Shown here: positions 1 through 11,928 of the stretch, piece after piece
Layout of the letters: each line of letters begins with the position of its first letter
Numbering within the stretch: the first letter of the stretch is position 1
NCBI GenBank assembly: GCA_963695095.1
Contig: CAVOFT010000001.1
Coordinates: 3,456,001 to 3,520,000, forward strand
Reading direction: 5' to 3'
DNA length: 64,000 nt
DNA from: an uncultured bacterium
GTDB taxonomy: Bacteria; Krumholzibacteriota; Krumholzibacteriia; JACNKJ01
The notes under the pieces: model-generated
What the model was told of the DNA's origin: nothing
Databases searched by the model: none
The model's input: only the letters and a program-made list of their open reading frames with translations
Made by a program: the position numbers and the translations under genes

Positions 1-640
1 AGCGTGCCACCCCGGAGAGCGTCGGGTAGAAGCGCTCGCCGTGGCGCGCGCCGACCACGGCCTGGGCCACGACGGCCATCTTCTCGGCGCCGGGATCGGC
101 GCCCACGCGCGCGGCGTAGCGCCTCGCCTGGCTGAAGAAGGTGGAGGCCCAGACCAGCTTGATCCCCTCGGCGAGCTGGCGAAAGCGCGCGGCGGCATCC
201 ACCTGGTGGCCGGGGATCATCTTCGTGCCGTAGACGCCGGCGAAGGGATGGCTGAGGGCATCCTCGAGCAGGCTGGACGAGCGCAAGGCCAGGGGCTGAT
301 GCACCAGCTCGGCCAGAGCGCGCAGGTCCCCCGCGAAGGCGGCGGGCAGGGCGGCCTGCTGGAAGGCGAGGGCGAGGCGCTCGTCCGGCGGCGCCTCGGC
401 GATCAGCGCGGCGAGGTCATTCTCCGCGATGAAGCGATCGAAGAGCTCCGTGCTGAGCACGACCAGCGGCGGCACGCCCACGGCGATCTCCGGGAACTCC
501 TCGGCATCGATTCGGCTGAGGATCTGCTCCCGGATCAGCGCCAGGCCGGCGGCCTTGCCGCCCAGGGCGCCGTCGCCGATCACGGTGAAGGCGTCCTCGC
601 CCTCGCCGAAGCGGCGCCGGAAGCCGGGCAGACTCGCCAT
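1..640 (-). CDS. PEP/pyruvate-binding (PPDK_N, PEP-synthase-like) domain protein, runs off the window edge
   Basis: Own translation from ATG 640: MASLPGF...GALGGKAAGL...PLALRSSSLLEDALSHPFAGVYGT...EKMAVV. These are ATP-grasp motifs of PEP-utilising enzymes. Not in the ORF track because it is partial. Confidence 0.85.
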   Translation of the reverse strand, partial: MASLPGFRRRFGEGEDAFTVIGDGALGGKAAGLALIREQILSRIDAEEFPEIAVGVPPLVVLSTELFDRFIAENDLAALIAEAPPDERLALAFQQAALPAAFAGDLRALAELVHQPLALRSSSLLEDALSHPFAGVYGTKMIPGHQVDAAARFRQLAEGIKLVWASTFFSQARRYAARVGADPGAEKMAVVAQAVVGARHGERFYPTLSGVAR

Positions 641-666
641 GGATCGCGCCCCCTCTCGCTCGGCCC

Positions 667-1986
667 CTAGATCCAGCGGCGGCGCTGGCAGGCCGTCGCC
701 ACGCGCTCGACGGCCAGGAGCAGGGCGGCCTCGCGCAGGCTGAGCCCCCGCCTCGCCGCCAGCGCCTGGATGCCCTGGTAGGCCTCGGTGAGCTTGAGGT
801 CCAGGCGGCCGAGCACCTCGTCCAGCTCCCAGGGGTAGTTGGTCTCCCCCTGCACTTGCTCGAAGTAGCTGCAGAGGAGCCCGCCGGCGCCCGCCAGCAG
901 GGCGGGCAGTTCCCCGATTCCCCGCGCCTGGAGCGCCTCGGCGGCGCCGGTCTCGAGCGCGCCACTGGCGCCTTCGGCCACCAGGCGCAACGCGGGATGC
1001 ATCCGCGCCACCGCCGCCGGTCCGATCTGGCCCTCCATCGCGGCGGGGATGAGGATCTCCACCTCCTGCGCCAGCCAGTCCTCGCCCGGCAGCACCGCGT
1101 AGCCCCGCGCCGCGGCGGCGGCCGGGTCGATGCCGCCGTAGCGATCGGCGATCGGCGCCAGCTCGGCGAGCAGGATGCCGCCGGGCTTCGCGTAGGCCCG
1201 CGCGCAGCCGGCCGCCTGGTCCCAGCTCGCCACGCAGCTCACGGTGCCGCCGAGCTGCGTGAAGAGGGCGATGGCGTGCCGCGCCACGCTGCCGAAGCCC
1301 TGGACGCTGGCGCGGGTCGCGTCCAGGCGCAGGCCCTGCTCCCGCAGCGCCTCGCGGATCAGGTAGACAAGCCCGTAGCCGCCGGCCTCGACATGTCCCC
1401 GCGAGCCGCCCAGGCCGAGGCCCTTGCCGGCGAAGGCGCCGGGCGCATGCAGCCCGAGCAGGCGCTCGTGCTCGTCCAGGGCCCACTGCAGCTCGCGCTC
1501 GCCGGCCATCAGCTCGGGGCCCAGCACCAGGCGGCGCCCGCCCAGGCTGGACTGGACCTGGCGCACCCAGGCGCGGCAGATGGCCTCCAGCTCGCGGTCG
1601 CTGTAACCGTGCGGATCGCAGATGACGCCGCCGGCGCAGCCGCCGAGCGGCAGGTCCATGGCCGCCGCCTGCCAGCTGCGGCCCATGGCGAGGGCGCACA
1701 CCCGATCGGCGCTTTCCTGGGGATGGAAGCGCAGGCCGCCCTTTGCCGGACCGAGCGCGTCGTTGTGCAGGATGCTGAAGCCGCTGAAGACCTGCATGCG
1801 CCCGTCGTCCAGGCGCAGGCTGAAGCGAACGTGCAATTCGCGCTGGGGCAGGCGGAGGAACTCGGCCGCGGCCTCGCCGAGACCAAGGGCGCGGACGGCC
1901 GCGTCGAGCTCGGCCTGGGCCTGAAGCAGGGCACTGGGCTGCACGCCGTCCTCCCTTGCCGGGTCCGTGTCACGCCAGAAGGTCAT
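667..1986 (-). CDS. Glu/Leu/Phe/Val dehydrogenase family protein, catalytic residues degenerate
   Basis: GPAKGGLRFHP, VQGFGSVA, ILIPAA and SYFEQVQ motifs present; GGxKGG reads GGCAGG. Start placed at MTFWRD (ATG 1986). Confidence 0.85.
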   Translation of the reverse strand: MTFWRDTDPAREDGVQPSALLQAQAELDAAVRALGLGEAAAEFLRLPQRELHVRFSLRLDDGRMQVFSGFSILHNDALGPAKGGLRFHPQESADRVCALAMGRSWQAAAMDLPLGGCAGGVICDPHGYSDRELEAICRAWVRQVQSSLGGRRLVLGPELMAGERELQWALDEHERLLGLHAPGAFAGKGLGLGGSRGHVEAGGYGLVYLIREALREQGLRLDATRASVQGFGSVARHAIALFTQLGGTVSCVASWDQAAGCARAYAKPGGILLAELAPIADRYGGIDPAAAAARGYAVLPGEDWLAQEVEILIPAAMEGQIGPAAVARMHPALRLVAEGASGALETGAAEALQARGIGELPALLAGAGGLLCSYFEQVQGETNYPWELDEVLGRLDLKLTEAYQGIQALAARRGLSLREAALLLAVERVATACQRRRWI

Positions 1987-2183
1987 CAGGAATCCCGGCT
2001 CCTGCAAGCCGAAACGGCGCCCTGGCCACCGCTTTCGCCGGCCAGCGCCCCGCTCGGCCCCGCCGGGTGGCGGATCCGCCGCTTGCCGGCCCCGGCCCCG
2101 GCGTGGGAGTTGGCCCCAGCGCGCCCAGGCGCTATCATGCGCTGCCACCCGCCGCGGCAGCGCGGCTTGCCCCGGAGCCAGGA

Positions 2184-3596
2184 CTGAACCCCTCGCTGGA
2201 AGCTCGTTTCGCCGACGCCCTCGGCGCCCTCCTGCCCCCCGGCGCAGGGCGGCTGCTCCTGGCCTGCTCGGGCGGCAGCGACAGCAGCGCCCTGGCCGCG
2301 CTCACGGCCGCGGCCGCGCCCGCCCTTGGCCTCAGCGCCGACATCGCCCACTGCGACCACGGGCTGCGCGAGGGCTCGGCCGCCGAGGCCGTCAGCGTGC
2401 GCGCGCTGGGCGCCCGGCTCGGTTTGCCCGTGCACGCGCTCACGCTCGAGATCCCCGCGACCGGCAACCGGGAGGCTGCCGCCCGCCGCGCGCGCTATGC
2501 GGCCCTCGGCGACCTGGCAGCACGGGTCGGCGTCCAGGCCCTGCTCACCGGACACACGGCGGACGACCGAGCGGAAACCCTGTGGCTCTGGCTGCTGCGC
2601 GGCACGGGACCGGCGGGCCTCAGTCCCCTGCCGGCCTCGCGCCCCCTGCGCCCGGGTTCCTCGCTGCTCGTCCTGCGCCCGCTGCTCGGCTTCCGGCGCG
2701 CGGAGCTGCAGGACTACCTGCGCGAGCGGGATCTCCCCTGGCTCGAGGATCCCAGCAACGCCGATCTCTCCCTGCGCCGCAACCGCGTGCGGCATCGCCT
2801 GCTGCCCGCCCTCGCCGCCGACTACGGCATCGACCCCACCGGCAACGCCCTCGGCCTCGCCGAGCAGATGGGCGAGCTGATCGCCTTCCTGGACGCCGAG
2901 CTGGCCGCGCGGGGCCTCGGCCCGGAGGTCCTCGCCGGCCGCAGCTGGGACCGACAGCTCCTGGCCTCCCAGCCCCCCGTGCTCGCCCGGCGCTGTCTCG
3001 GCGAGTTGCTGGCGCGGCACGGCCTTCTTCGCGGCTGGGCCGTCGAGCGGCTGCTCCAGCACCTGAAGACCCCGGCCATGCGCGGCATCGTCGAGCTGGG
3101 GGAGGGCTGGCAGATCGACTTCGCCGAGAAGACGCTGGCTCTGGAGCAGCCGGGGAAGCCGGTGCCCGCCGCCGGCTCGCCGCCCCAGCTCGAGCCTGCC
3201 GGGGACGGCACTCTCCTGCCCCCCGACGAGGGCGCCCGCCTGCCCCTGGGCGGCGGCTGGACCCTCGTGATCGCGCGACGCCAGGGCAACCCCGGTCTGC
3301 CTGCGGGTCCGAACGCCGCCGTCTTCGACGCCGACGCGCTGGCCGAGCCCCTGCGGCTGGAGCGCCCGCGGCGGGGCCTGCGCATCCGGCCTCTGGGCCT
3401 GGGCGGCAGCCGCCTGCTCTCCGACCTGTTCGTGGATCGCAAGGTGCCGCGTGCCCTCCGGGCCAGCTGGCCCCTGCTCGTGGACGCCCGGGGCGAGCTG
3501 CTATGGGTTCCCGGCCTCGCTCGCGGCGCCTCAGCGCCGCTGGAGCCGCAAACCAAGCGCTGCCTTTGTCTGGACCTGGAGCCGCCCTGTGCCTAG
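2184..3596 (+). CDS. tilS: tRNA(Ile)-lysidine synthetase
   Basis: SGGSDS PP-loop, DHGLR, ARRARY, GHTADDRAET, EDPSN, RNRVRH, and TilS C-terminal domain; lies before hpt-ftsH. Start uncertain (CTG 2184 after GGAG). Confidence 0.93.
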   Translation: MNPSLEARFADALGALLPPGAGRLLLACSGGSDSSALAALTAAAAPALGLSADIAHCDHGLREGSAAEAVSVRALGARLGLPVHALTLEIPATGNREAAARRARYAALGDLAARVGVQALLTGHTADDRAETLWLWLLRGTGPAGLSPLPASRPLRPGSSLLVLRPLLGFRRAELQDYLRERDLPWLEDPSNADLSLRRNRVRHRLLPALAADYGIDPTGNALGLAEQMGELIAFLDAELAARGLGPEVLAGRSWDRQLLASQPPVLARRCLGELLARHGLLRGWAVERLLQHLKTPAMRGIVELGEGWQIDFAEKTLALEQPGKPVPAAGSPPQLEPAGDGTLLPPDEGARLPLGGGWTLVIARRQGNPGLPAGPNAAVFDADALAEPLRLERPRRGLRIRPLGLGGSRLLSDLFVDRKVPRALRASWPLLVDARGELLWVPGLARGASAPLEPQTKRCLCLDLEPPCA

Positions 3597-3666
3597 TATG
3601 TCGCGGATGGTCGGGGCAGAAACCCCGACCGCGGGGAGAGCCATGCCCAGGGTGGAGGAGAGTCGC

Positions 3667-4203
3667 TTGGTCGACGAGTACAAGGTTGCGCGCATCCTGC
3701 TCACGGAGCAGCAGATCCGCGCGCGCGTCGAGGCGCTGGGGGCGGAGCTGGCCCGGCGCTACCAGGGCCGGCGGCCGATCCTGGTCACCCTGCTCCGGGG
3801 CGGTTTCATCTTCCTGGCCGACCTGACCCGGGCCATGCCCATCCCGCACGAGGTGGACTTCATGCTCGTGCGCAGTTATGAAGGCAGCAGCACCAGCGGC
3901 AGCGTGCAGATCCTCCAGGATCTGAACCTGAACATCGAAGGCCGGCACGTGGTGCTGGTCGAGGACATCGTCGACACGGGGCTCACCCTGGCCTACATCC
4001 GCGAGCACCTGACCCTGCGGGAGCCGGCCAGCCTCATCGTCTGCTCCCTGCTGGACAAGCACGCGGCCCGCCAGATCGAGGTGCCCATCGAGATGGTCGG
4101 CTTTCGCGTCGAGAACGAGTTCGTCGTCGGCTACGGCCTGGACTACAACCAGCTCTACCGGAATCTTCCCTACCTGGCCGTGATCGACCCCGAGCAGGCC
4201 TGA
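3667..4203 (+). CDS. hpt: hypoxanthine phosphoribosyltransferase
   Basis: VLVEDIVDTGLTL PRPP-binding motif and FVVGYGLDY. TTG start after GGAGGAG (alternative ATG 3643). Confidence 0.95.
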   Translation: MVDEYKVARILLTEQQIRARVEALGAELARRYQGRRPILVTLLRGGFIFLADLTRAMPIPHEVDFMLVRSYEGSSTSGSVQILQDLNLNIEGRHVVLVEDIVDTGLTLAYIREHLTLREPASLIVCSLLDKHAARQIEVPIEMVGFRVENEFVVGYGLDYNQLYRNLPYLAVIDPEQA

Positions 4204-4248
4204 GCGCGGCGCCCCGTCCCGCCCCCGCGCCCGTCAGAAAGGACGTCG

Positions 4249-6354
<2,106 letters not shown>

Positions 6355-6355
6355 G

Positions 6356-7615
6356 GTGGGCGCGGCAGGCGGCAGCGCTGCGGGCAGCGGCAGCCCTCGC
6401 CTGCTGCAGGTGGCCGCGGGTGAACTGCGCACGCTGCTCGCCGCCGCGGGCGTGGACGCCTACGGCGCCGCCCTGATGGCGCGCAAGGCCGAGTCCCTCG
6501 TCGTGCGCGTCGACAACCTGCGCGCGCCGGCCGCCAACATCCTCAAGCAGGAGCTGCTCGCCCTCGGCGCCGACTGCGCCACGCACCGCGAGACCATCCT
6601 CGGCGGGCCCGAGCGCTCGAGCGCCCACCTCATCGGCACCGAACGGCAGCTCGCGAAGCTGCCCGAGCGCCTGAAGCCCCAGCCCTTCGGCCTGCGCGCC
6701 CTCGGCGAGGACCTCGCCGCCCTGCTCGCTCGCCGGCGCCGGCCGCCGAAAGCCTTGACCCTGCCGCAGGGCGCCCTTAGTTTCGAGGCCGCGCCGCTGC
6801 TGATGGGCATTCTCAACGTGACGCCGGACAGCTTCTCCGATGGCGGCAAGTGGGCGGACCCGGACCGCGCCGTCGAGCAGGGCCTGCGCCTCGTCGCCGA
6901 AGGCGCCGGCCTGCTCGACATCGGCGGCGAATCGACGCGGCCGGGCGCCGCGCCCGTCTCCGCGGACGAGGAGCGGCGGCGCGTGCTGCCGGTGCTGCGC
7001 GGACTGGCCCGGCAAGCGGGGGTGCCCCTGGCCGTGGACACGCGCAAGGCCGCCGTCGCCGGCGAGGCCCTGGCGGCCGGGGCGAGCATCGTCAACGATG
7101 TCTCGGCGCTGGCGGATCCGGCGATGGCGCCGCTGGTGGCGCAGAGCGGCGCGGCCCTGGTGCTGATGCACATGCAGGGCGAGCCGAACAGCATGCAGGC
7201 GGATCCGCGCTACGAGGACGCCGTCGACGAGATCTACCGCTGGCTTGAGACGAGGCTGGCCGCCGCGCGCCAGGCCGGCATCGGGGAGGATCGCTTGGTC
7301 GTCGATCCGGGCATCGGCTTCGGCAAGCGCCTGGAGGACAACACGGCCCTCCTGCGCCGGCTGGAGGAATTCCACAGCCTGGGCGTGCCGCTCCTGGTGG
7401 GCGCGAGCCGGAAGTCCTTCCTCGGCCGGCTGATGGACGAGCCGGACCCGGCCCGGCGCCTGGAAGGCAGTCTGGCCGCGGCGGCACGGGCGGCCCAGGC
7501 CGGCGCCCAGCTGCTGCGCGTGCACGACGTGGCGGCGACGCGCCGCTTCCTGGCGGCCTGGGCGCCGCTCTGCCGGCCCGCCGCCACGGCGGCCACTGAG
7601 GACGAGGTCCAGTGA
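6356..7615 (+). CDS. folP: dihydropteroate synthase with N-terminal extension
   Basis: MGILNVTPDSFSDGG, DIGGESTRPG, DPGIGFGK, SRKSF, LRVHDV; ~140 aa extension including AANILKQELLALGAD. Start approximate. Confidence 0.94.
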   Translation: MGAAGGSAAGSGSPRLLQVAAGELRTLLAAAGVDAYGAALMARKAESLVVRVDNLRAPAANILKQELLALGADCATHRETILGGPERSSAHLIGTERQLAKLPERLKPQPFGLRALGEDLAALLARRRRPPKALTLPQGALSFEAAPLLMGILNVTPDSFSDGGKWADPDRAVEQGLRLVAEGAGLLDIGGESTRPGAAPVSADEERRRVLPVLRGLARQAGVPLAVDTRKAAVAGEALAAGASIVNDVSALADPAMAPLVAQSGAALVLMHMQGEPNSMQADPRYEDAVDEIYRWLETRLAAARQAGIGEDRLVVDPGIGFGKRLEDNTALLRRLEEFHSLGVPLLVGASRKSFLGRLMDEPDPARRLEGSLAAAARAAQAGAQLLRVHDVAATRRFLAAWAPLCRPAATAATEDEVQ

Positions 7616-8388
7616 ACGATCTGCTCTTCACCGCCCTCAACGTGCTGGACATCCTCGTGGTGGCCTTTCTCTTCTACCGCCTCTACGTGCTGGTCCACGG
7701 CACGCGCGCGGCGCTCATGCTCAACGGCTTCCTGTTCATTCTGGTGGCCGGATTGCTCGCGCAATGGATCGGCCTGACCACCTTCAACTGGATCCTGGAC
7801 AACCTGCGCACGGTCTGGGTGATCGCCTTCATCATCCTGTTCCAGCACGAGCTGCGCAGCGCGCTGGCCCAGCTCGGGCGAAACCGCATCGTCAATCTGT
7901 TCCTGAAGGTCGAAAAGGACAGCGGCTACATCCAAGAAGTGACGCGCGCCGTCGAGGGCCTGGCGCGCGCGGGTCTGGGCGCGCTGATCGTCTTCGAGCG
8001 CGAGATGGGCCTGCGCAACTACGCCGAGAACGGGGTGATCATCAGCGCGGCGATCAGCGCCGATCTCATCGAGACCATCTTCACGCCGCCCTCGCCGCTG
8101 CACGACGGCGCCGTCATCATCAACGAGGGCAACCTGGTGGCGGCCCGGGTCATCCTGCCCCTCTCGCAGGACCAGAACCTGAGCCGCGTGCTCGGCACGC
8201 GGCACCGTGCCGCCGTCGGCATCAGCGAGGAGACGGACGCTCTCGTCGTGGTGGTGAGCGAGGAGACGCGCACCATCAGCGTCGCCGAGGGCGGCCGGCT
8301 CGAGCGCGATCTCGACGTGGCCGCCCTGCGCAAGCTGCTGATCGCCCGCCTGCGCGCCGGCGGCGGAGAGCGGGTTGCCGCGGCCTGA
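7612..8388 (+). CDS. cdaA: diadenylate cyclase (CdaA/DacA)
   Basis: Three N-terminal TM helices; HDGA and GTRHRAA DAC motifs; VVSEE. Confidence 0.94.
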   Translation: MNDLLFTALNVLDILVVAFLFYRLYVLVHGTRAALMLNGFLFILVAGLLAQWIGLTTFNWILDNLRTVWVIAFIILFQHELRSALAQLGRNRIVNLFLKVEKDSGYIQEVTRAVEGLARAGLGALIVFEREMGLRNYAENGVIISAAISADLIETIFTPPSPLHDGAVIINEGNLVAARVILPLSQDQNLSRVLGTRHRAAVGISEETDALVVVVSEETRTISVAEGGRLERDLDVAALRKLLIARLRAGGGERVAAA

Positions 8389-8977
8389 GCTACAGAGCTC
8401 CGAAAAGTGCCGGATCCGGCGAGGTGACGACACCCCCACGCGGACGGGCGCGGACGGCAGCGGTCCGGCCCCGATGGCGGCGGGCTCACGGTGCCTCGCG
8501 CTGCTGCGACGTCCGGTAGCCACCGGTCCCCCACGCCGCGTCGCAAGCGCGATGGCCCGTTCCCGAGGGTCGAGCCCGCCGGCCCGGCGGCGGCGCCGCC
8601 ACGCCTGCAAGGCGACTCCTCCCAGATCACCCTGCACGATGGCCGCTCGCCCGCCGGACCCGGCGAAACGCAAGTAGAGGGGCGGACCGGCGGCGGGCCC
8701 GCTGCGAAGCGGGCCGCGAGCCGCCCGTCCGGAGGAGAGTGGCCAGGCCGCGAGCCGCGCTGCGAAGTGCCTGCTTTCTGCCGGCGCCTGGACCCCGGTC
8801 GCCCTCCACGCGCGGGCCATTGCAGGCGCTGGGCCAGCGGGCGCCGCCCCGCCAGCGCGCGGCGGGACAGCGCCTTGCGCCTGCCGCCGTGCGCCGGGCC
8901 CCACGGCTACGACAACGGCGGGGCCCGCGCCGGCGCCAAGCCTGTCCACGTCGGTGGCGCCGGAGCGGGCAAGGGGC

Positions 8978-9006
8978 TTGAGTCCGCCCGGCCGAGGCGC
9001 TAGGCT
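8978..9006 (+). promoter_or_regulatory. sigma70-type promoter for the kelch lipoprotein gene
   Basis: TTGAGT-17 nt-TAGGCT, 65 nt upstream of ATG 9072. Confidence 0.45.
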
Positions 9007-9071
9007 GTGCGCCTGCCCCGGCCCGGCTGCCGTCCCGCGGAAGCGACGGCGCGACCATTCCAGAGGTTCCC

Positions 9072-10667
9072 ATGCGCCCTCAGCGGATCGCCCCCCTGCT
9101 CATGCTGCTCATCGCCTTTGGCCTGGGCGCCTGCGAGGAGAAAGTCAGCGAGCCCGGCATCCACATCTACACTGCCGACAGCCTGCGCGGGACCATCGGC
9201 GACACGCTGCGCTTCGCCGGCTTCTACACGGGCAATCCCGGCGACGTGGCCCGCCACCAGTGGGACTTCAACTCGGACGGCATCTTCGACGCCACCTGGG
9301 AGAACCTCGGCCAGGATTGGCCCGCCGTCTCCTTCCTGCACAGCTACTCGCGCGCTGACAACTACACCGCCACCCTGCAGGTGACGACGGTGCAGAACCG
9401 CCTCTACCGCGCCACCACGCGGGCCATCGTCACGGACGGCCTGCCCCAGCTCAGCGCTAGCGTGCCCGACAGCGCGAACTGCGGCGAGACGATCAGCCTC
9501 ATCGGCCACGCCGTGGACGATGCCGGCAACCGAGCCTTCTGGGACCTGCGCGGCGACGGCAGCGCGGAACTCAGCCAGACCTTCACGGACAGCATCACCC
9601 TGGTCCTGAACACCAGCTTCGCGGAGCCCGGCCGCTACACGCTGGTCTTCGGAGCCAGCGACAACGACAATCACGTGGAGCGCCTGAGCTTCACGCTCAT
9701 CGTGGGCGGGGCGCCCTACTGGACGAGCGGCGCCGACCTGCTCGAGGCGCGTGCGGACCATGCGGCGGCTGCTTTCGAGGGCCGCCTCTACGTGTTCGGC
9801 GGCCGCCACGGCCGCGGCGTCGTCGGCTCCACGGAGATCTACGATCCCGTCAGCGACAGCTGGTCCTTCGGCAGCCCGCTGCCCACGCCGCGCTGGGGCG
9901 CCAAGGCCGTCGCCATGGCGGAGCGCATCTACGTGCTGGGCGGCGTCACGCAGAACGACAGCATCTTCCCCAGCGTGGAGATCTACGAGCCGGCCACGGA
10001 TAGCTGGCGGGTCTTCAACCCGCAGCTGCCCAAGCACCGCATGCCCAGCCGGAAGCGCGGCTTCGCGGCGCTCAAGGTGGGCGGCACCACGGCCTGCTGC
10101 GACTCCATCCTGCTCTTCGGCGGCATGGGCGCGGGCGGCATCAACGACACCACGCTGATCTACTACACCGCCCGCGACTCCTTCTCGATGGATCGCACCC
10201 ACTTCATGCAGGAGACCCGCGCCTGGCTGGGCGGCGCGACGGCCTGGAACACGCCGGCAGAGCTGGACGGCCGGCTCTACGCCGTGGGCGGCAGCGCCGA
10301 CGGCGCCACGCCCAGCAGCCGCGTGGAGGCCTACGACCCCTTCAGCGATTTCTGGCGCCTGCAGCCCGCCCTGCCCACGGCGCGCATCGCGCCCGCCGTG
10401 GCCTTCCTGGCGGGCAAGCTCTACGTGCTGGGCGGCTCGACCTCGGGCAGCGGGGCCAGCGCGGTGGCGGAGGTCTTCAGCCTCGGCGAGGGGGCCTGGG
10501 ACAGCCTGCCCGCCCTGCCCGTCCCCCGCAGCGGGGCGACGGCCCTGCGGCTGCCGGGCGAGGAGCGCATCTATCTCGTCGCCGGGGCGACGCCGGCCAC
10601 CTCCACCTACCACGTGGAGGGGAGCCGCGACCTGCAGATCCTGGTACCCTGGCGCTGCAGCCCCTAG
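9072..10667 (+). CDS. lipoprotein with PKD-like Ig domains and kelch beta-propeller
   Basis: Lipobox FGLGAC; WDFNSDGIFD PKD motif; repeated LYVFGG...EIYDP...W kelch blades. Confidence 0.85.
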   Translation: MRPQRIAPLLMLLIAFGLGACEEKVSEPGIHIYTADSLRGTIGDTLRFAGFYTGNPGDVARHQWDFNSDGIFDATWENLGQDWPAVSFLHSYSRADNYTATLQVTTVQNRLYRATTRAIVTDGLPQLSASVPDSANCGETISLIGHAVDDAGNRAFWDLRGDGSAELSQTFTDSITLVLNTSFAEPGRYTLVFGASDNDNHVERLSFTLIVGGAPYWTSGADLLEARADHAAAAFEGRLYVFGGRHGRGVVGSTEIYDPVSDSWSFGSPLPTPRWGAKAVAMAERIYVLGGVTQNDSIFPSVEIYEPATDSWRVFNPQLPKHRMPSRKRGFAALKVGGTTACCDSILLFGGMGAGGINDTTLIYYTARDSFSMDRTHFMQETRAWLGGATAWNTPAELDGRLYAVGGSADGATPSSRVEAYDPFSDFWRLQPALPTARIAPAVAFLAGKLYVLGGSTSGSGASAVAEVFSLGEGAWDSLPALPVPRSGATALRLPGEERIYLVAGATPATSTYHVEGSRDLQILVPWRCSP

Positions 10668-10759
10668 GCTAGTATTACACTTAGGCATTAATTGAGCTGC
10701 CAGGCCCCGGCCTGGATTATCTGGCTACAGAGCGATTTCAGACTCGGGCAACCCTGGAA

Positions 10760-10775
10760 CGGCACGCGCTTCGCA
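10760..10775 (+). promoter_or_regulatory. putative sigma54 promoter
   Basis: CGGCACG-CGCT-TCGCA fits the -24/-12 GG-N10-GC spacing; AT-rich patch upstream at about 10670-10695. Confidence 0.5.
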
Positions 10776-10841
10776 TCCTGGGTTCGAATTCTCCGGCTGC
10801 CGGTGTCGGGCCACCAGGGGGCGACATCGTCGAGGAATGCT

Positions 10842-11822
10842 TTGTCGGATAAGCAGATAACCAGGGTCGAGCTGATCGGCCGCGGCCACGAGGCCCTGCC
10901 CGCCTTCTTCGAGGCCTTGCCGAAGGAGTCCGGTTGGCCGCCGGACACCGTGCTTTCGCTCACCGACCGGGAGCCCACGGAGTTCGAGCGCGCCGAGCGC
11001 TACGCGGCGGCCTTCGCCGAGGAGCAGATCGTCGGCGCCCTCAGCCTGCATCCGGCGGCAGCGGGCAACTACCACCGCATGCACAACCTGCACTTCCACA
11101 TCGACGTGCTCCCGGCCTGGCAGGGCCAAGGCGTCGGCACGGCCCTCATGCGCCGGCTGATCGATCACGCCCGCGAAGAGGGCTTCTGGCGCATCTACCT
11201 GGGCACCCTGTCCTGGAACCAGCCGGCGCTGGAGCTCTTCGGGCGCTTCGGCTTTCGGGTGGAGGGCCTCAGTCGCGGCGCCTACCGCGTCAAGACGCGC
11301 GGCGGCGAGGACTACTTCGTCGACGGCATCGGCATGGCGCTGTGGATCGGACCGCGCCTGGAGCTCAAGCCCGGCGACTGGAAGCTCAAGATCAACGCGA
11401 TGGAGCCGGGCACGGGCGAGCCGGTCTACCAGCTCGACGGCGAGCTGCTCATGGACGAGCTGGTCGCCCTCCACGAAGCCGTGGGCGATCTGCGCCATCG
11501 CCATCCGCGCTTGATCAAGGGGGCCTGGCGGCAGAGCGACCTGGTCGTCACCGCCCGCGTGGGCGGCCGACTCGTGGGCATGGCCCGCGCGCTCACCGAT
11601 CGCGCGAGCACGCTCTTCGTCTGCGACCTGATGGTGCACCCCGAGCAGCAGGGCCAGGGCATCGGCAGCGAACTGATGCGGCGACTCGTGGGGCCCTATG
11701 CGGAGATCTACCAGATCGTCCTGCTCACGGACCCGGAGACGATGCCGTTCTTCCAGCGCCTGGGCTACATGCACTGGGAGAGCACGGCGCTGCAGATGCA
11801 CCCGCCGCGGACGGAGACCTAG
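10842..11822 (+). CDS. tandem-domain GNAT N-acetyltransferase
   Basis: Two acetyl-CoA motifs (WQGQGVG, QQGQGIG). TTG start after GAGGA. Confidence 0.85.
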   Translation: MSDKQITRVELIGRGHEALPAFFEALPKESGWPPDTVLSLTDREPTEFERAERYAAAFAEEQIVGALSLHPAAAGNYHRMHNLHFHIDVLPAWQGQGVGTALMRRLIDHAREEGFWRIYLGTLSWNQPALELFGRFGFRVEGLSRGAYRVKTRGGEDYFVDGIGMALWIGPRLELKPGDWKLKINAMEPGTGEPVYQLDGELLMDELVALHEAVGDLRHRHPRLIKGAWRQSDLVVTARVGGRLVGMARALTDRASTLFVCDLMVHPEQQGQGIGSELMRRLVGPYAEIYQIVLLTDPETMPFFQRLGYMHWESTALQMHPPRTET

Positions 11823-11928
11823 CCGCCGCGGCGGCCCACCTCCCCACGCCGCTTGGGACGCGAAGGCCCTCCCCTCCAACTCCGCTTCACAGGAGTTGTC
11901 GGAGAGGGCCTTCGCGCCCCTGGCGGCA

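Noticed and set aside
8725..8810. Resemblance to RNase P (GAGGAGAGT) or SRP RNA (minus-strand CCAGG...AGCAG)
   Set aside because: Core consensus (GAGGAAAGUCC; CAGGUCCGGAAGGAAGCAG) and partner elements are not matched.
10776..10800. GGTTCGAAT resembling a tRNA T-loop (similar at about 40692)
   Set aside because: No paired T-stem, acceptor stem or cloverleaf.
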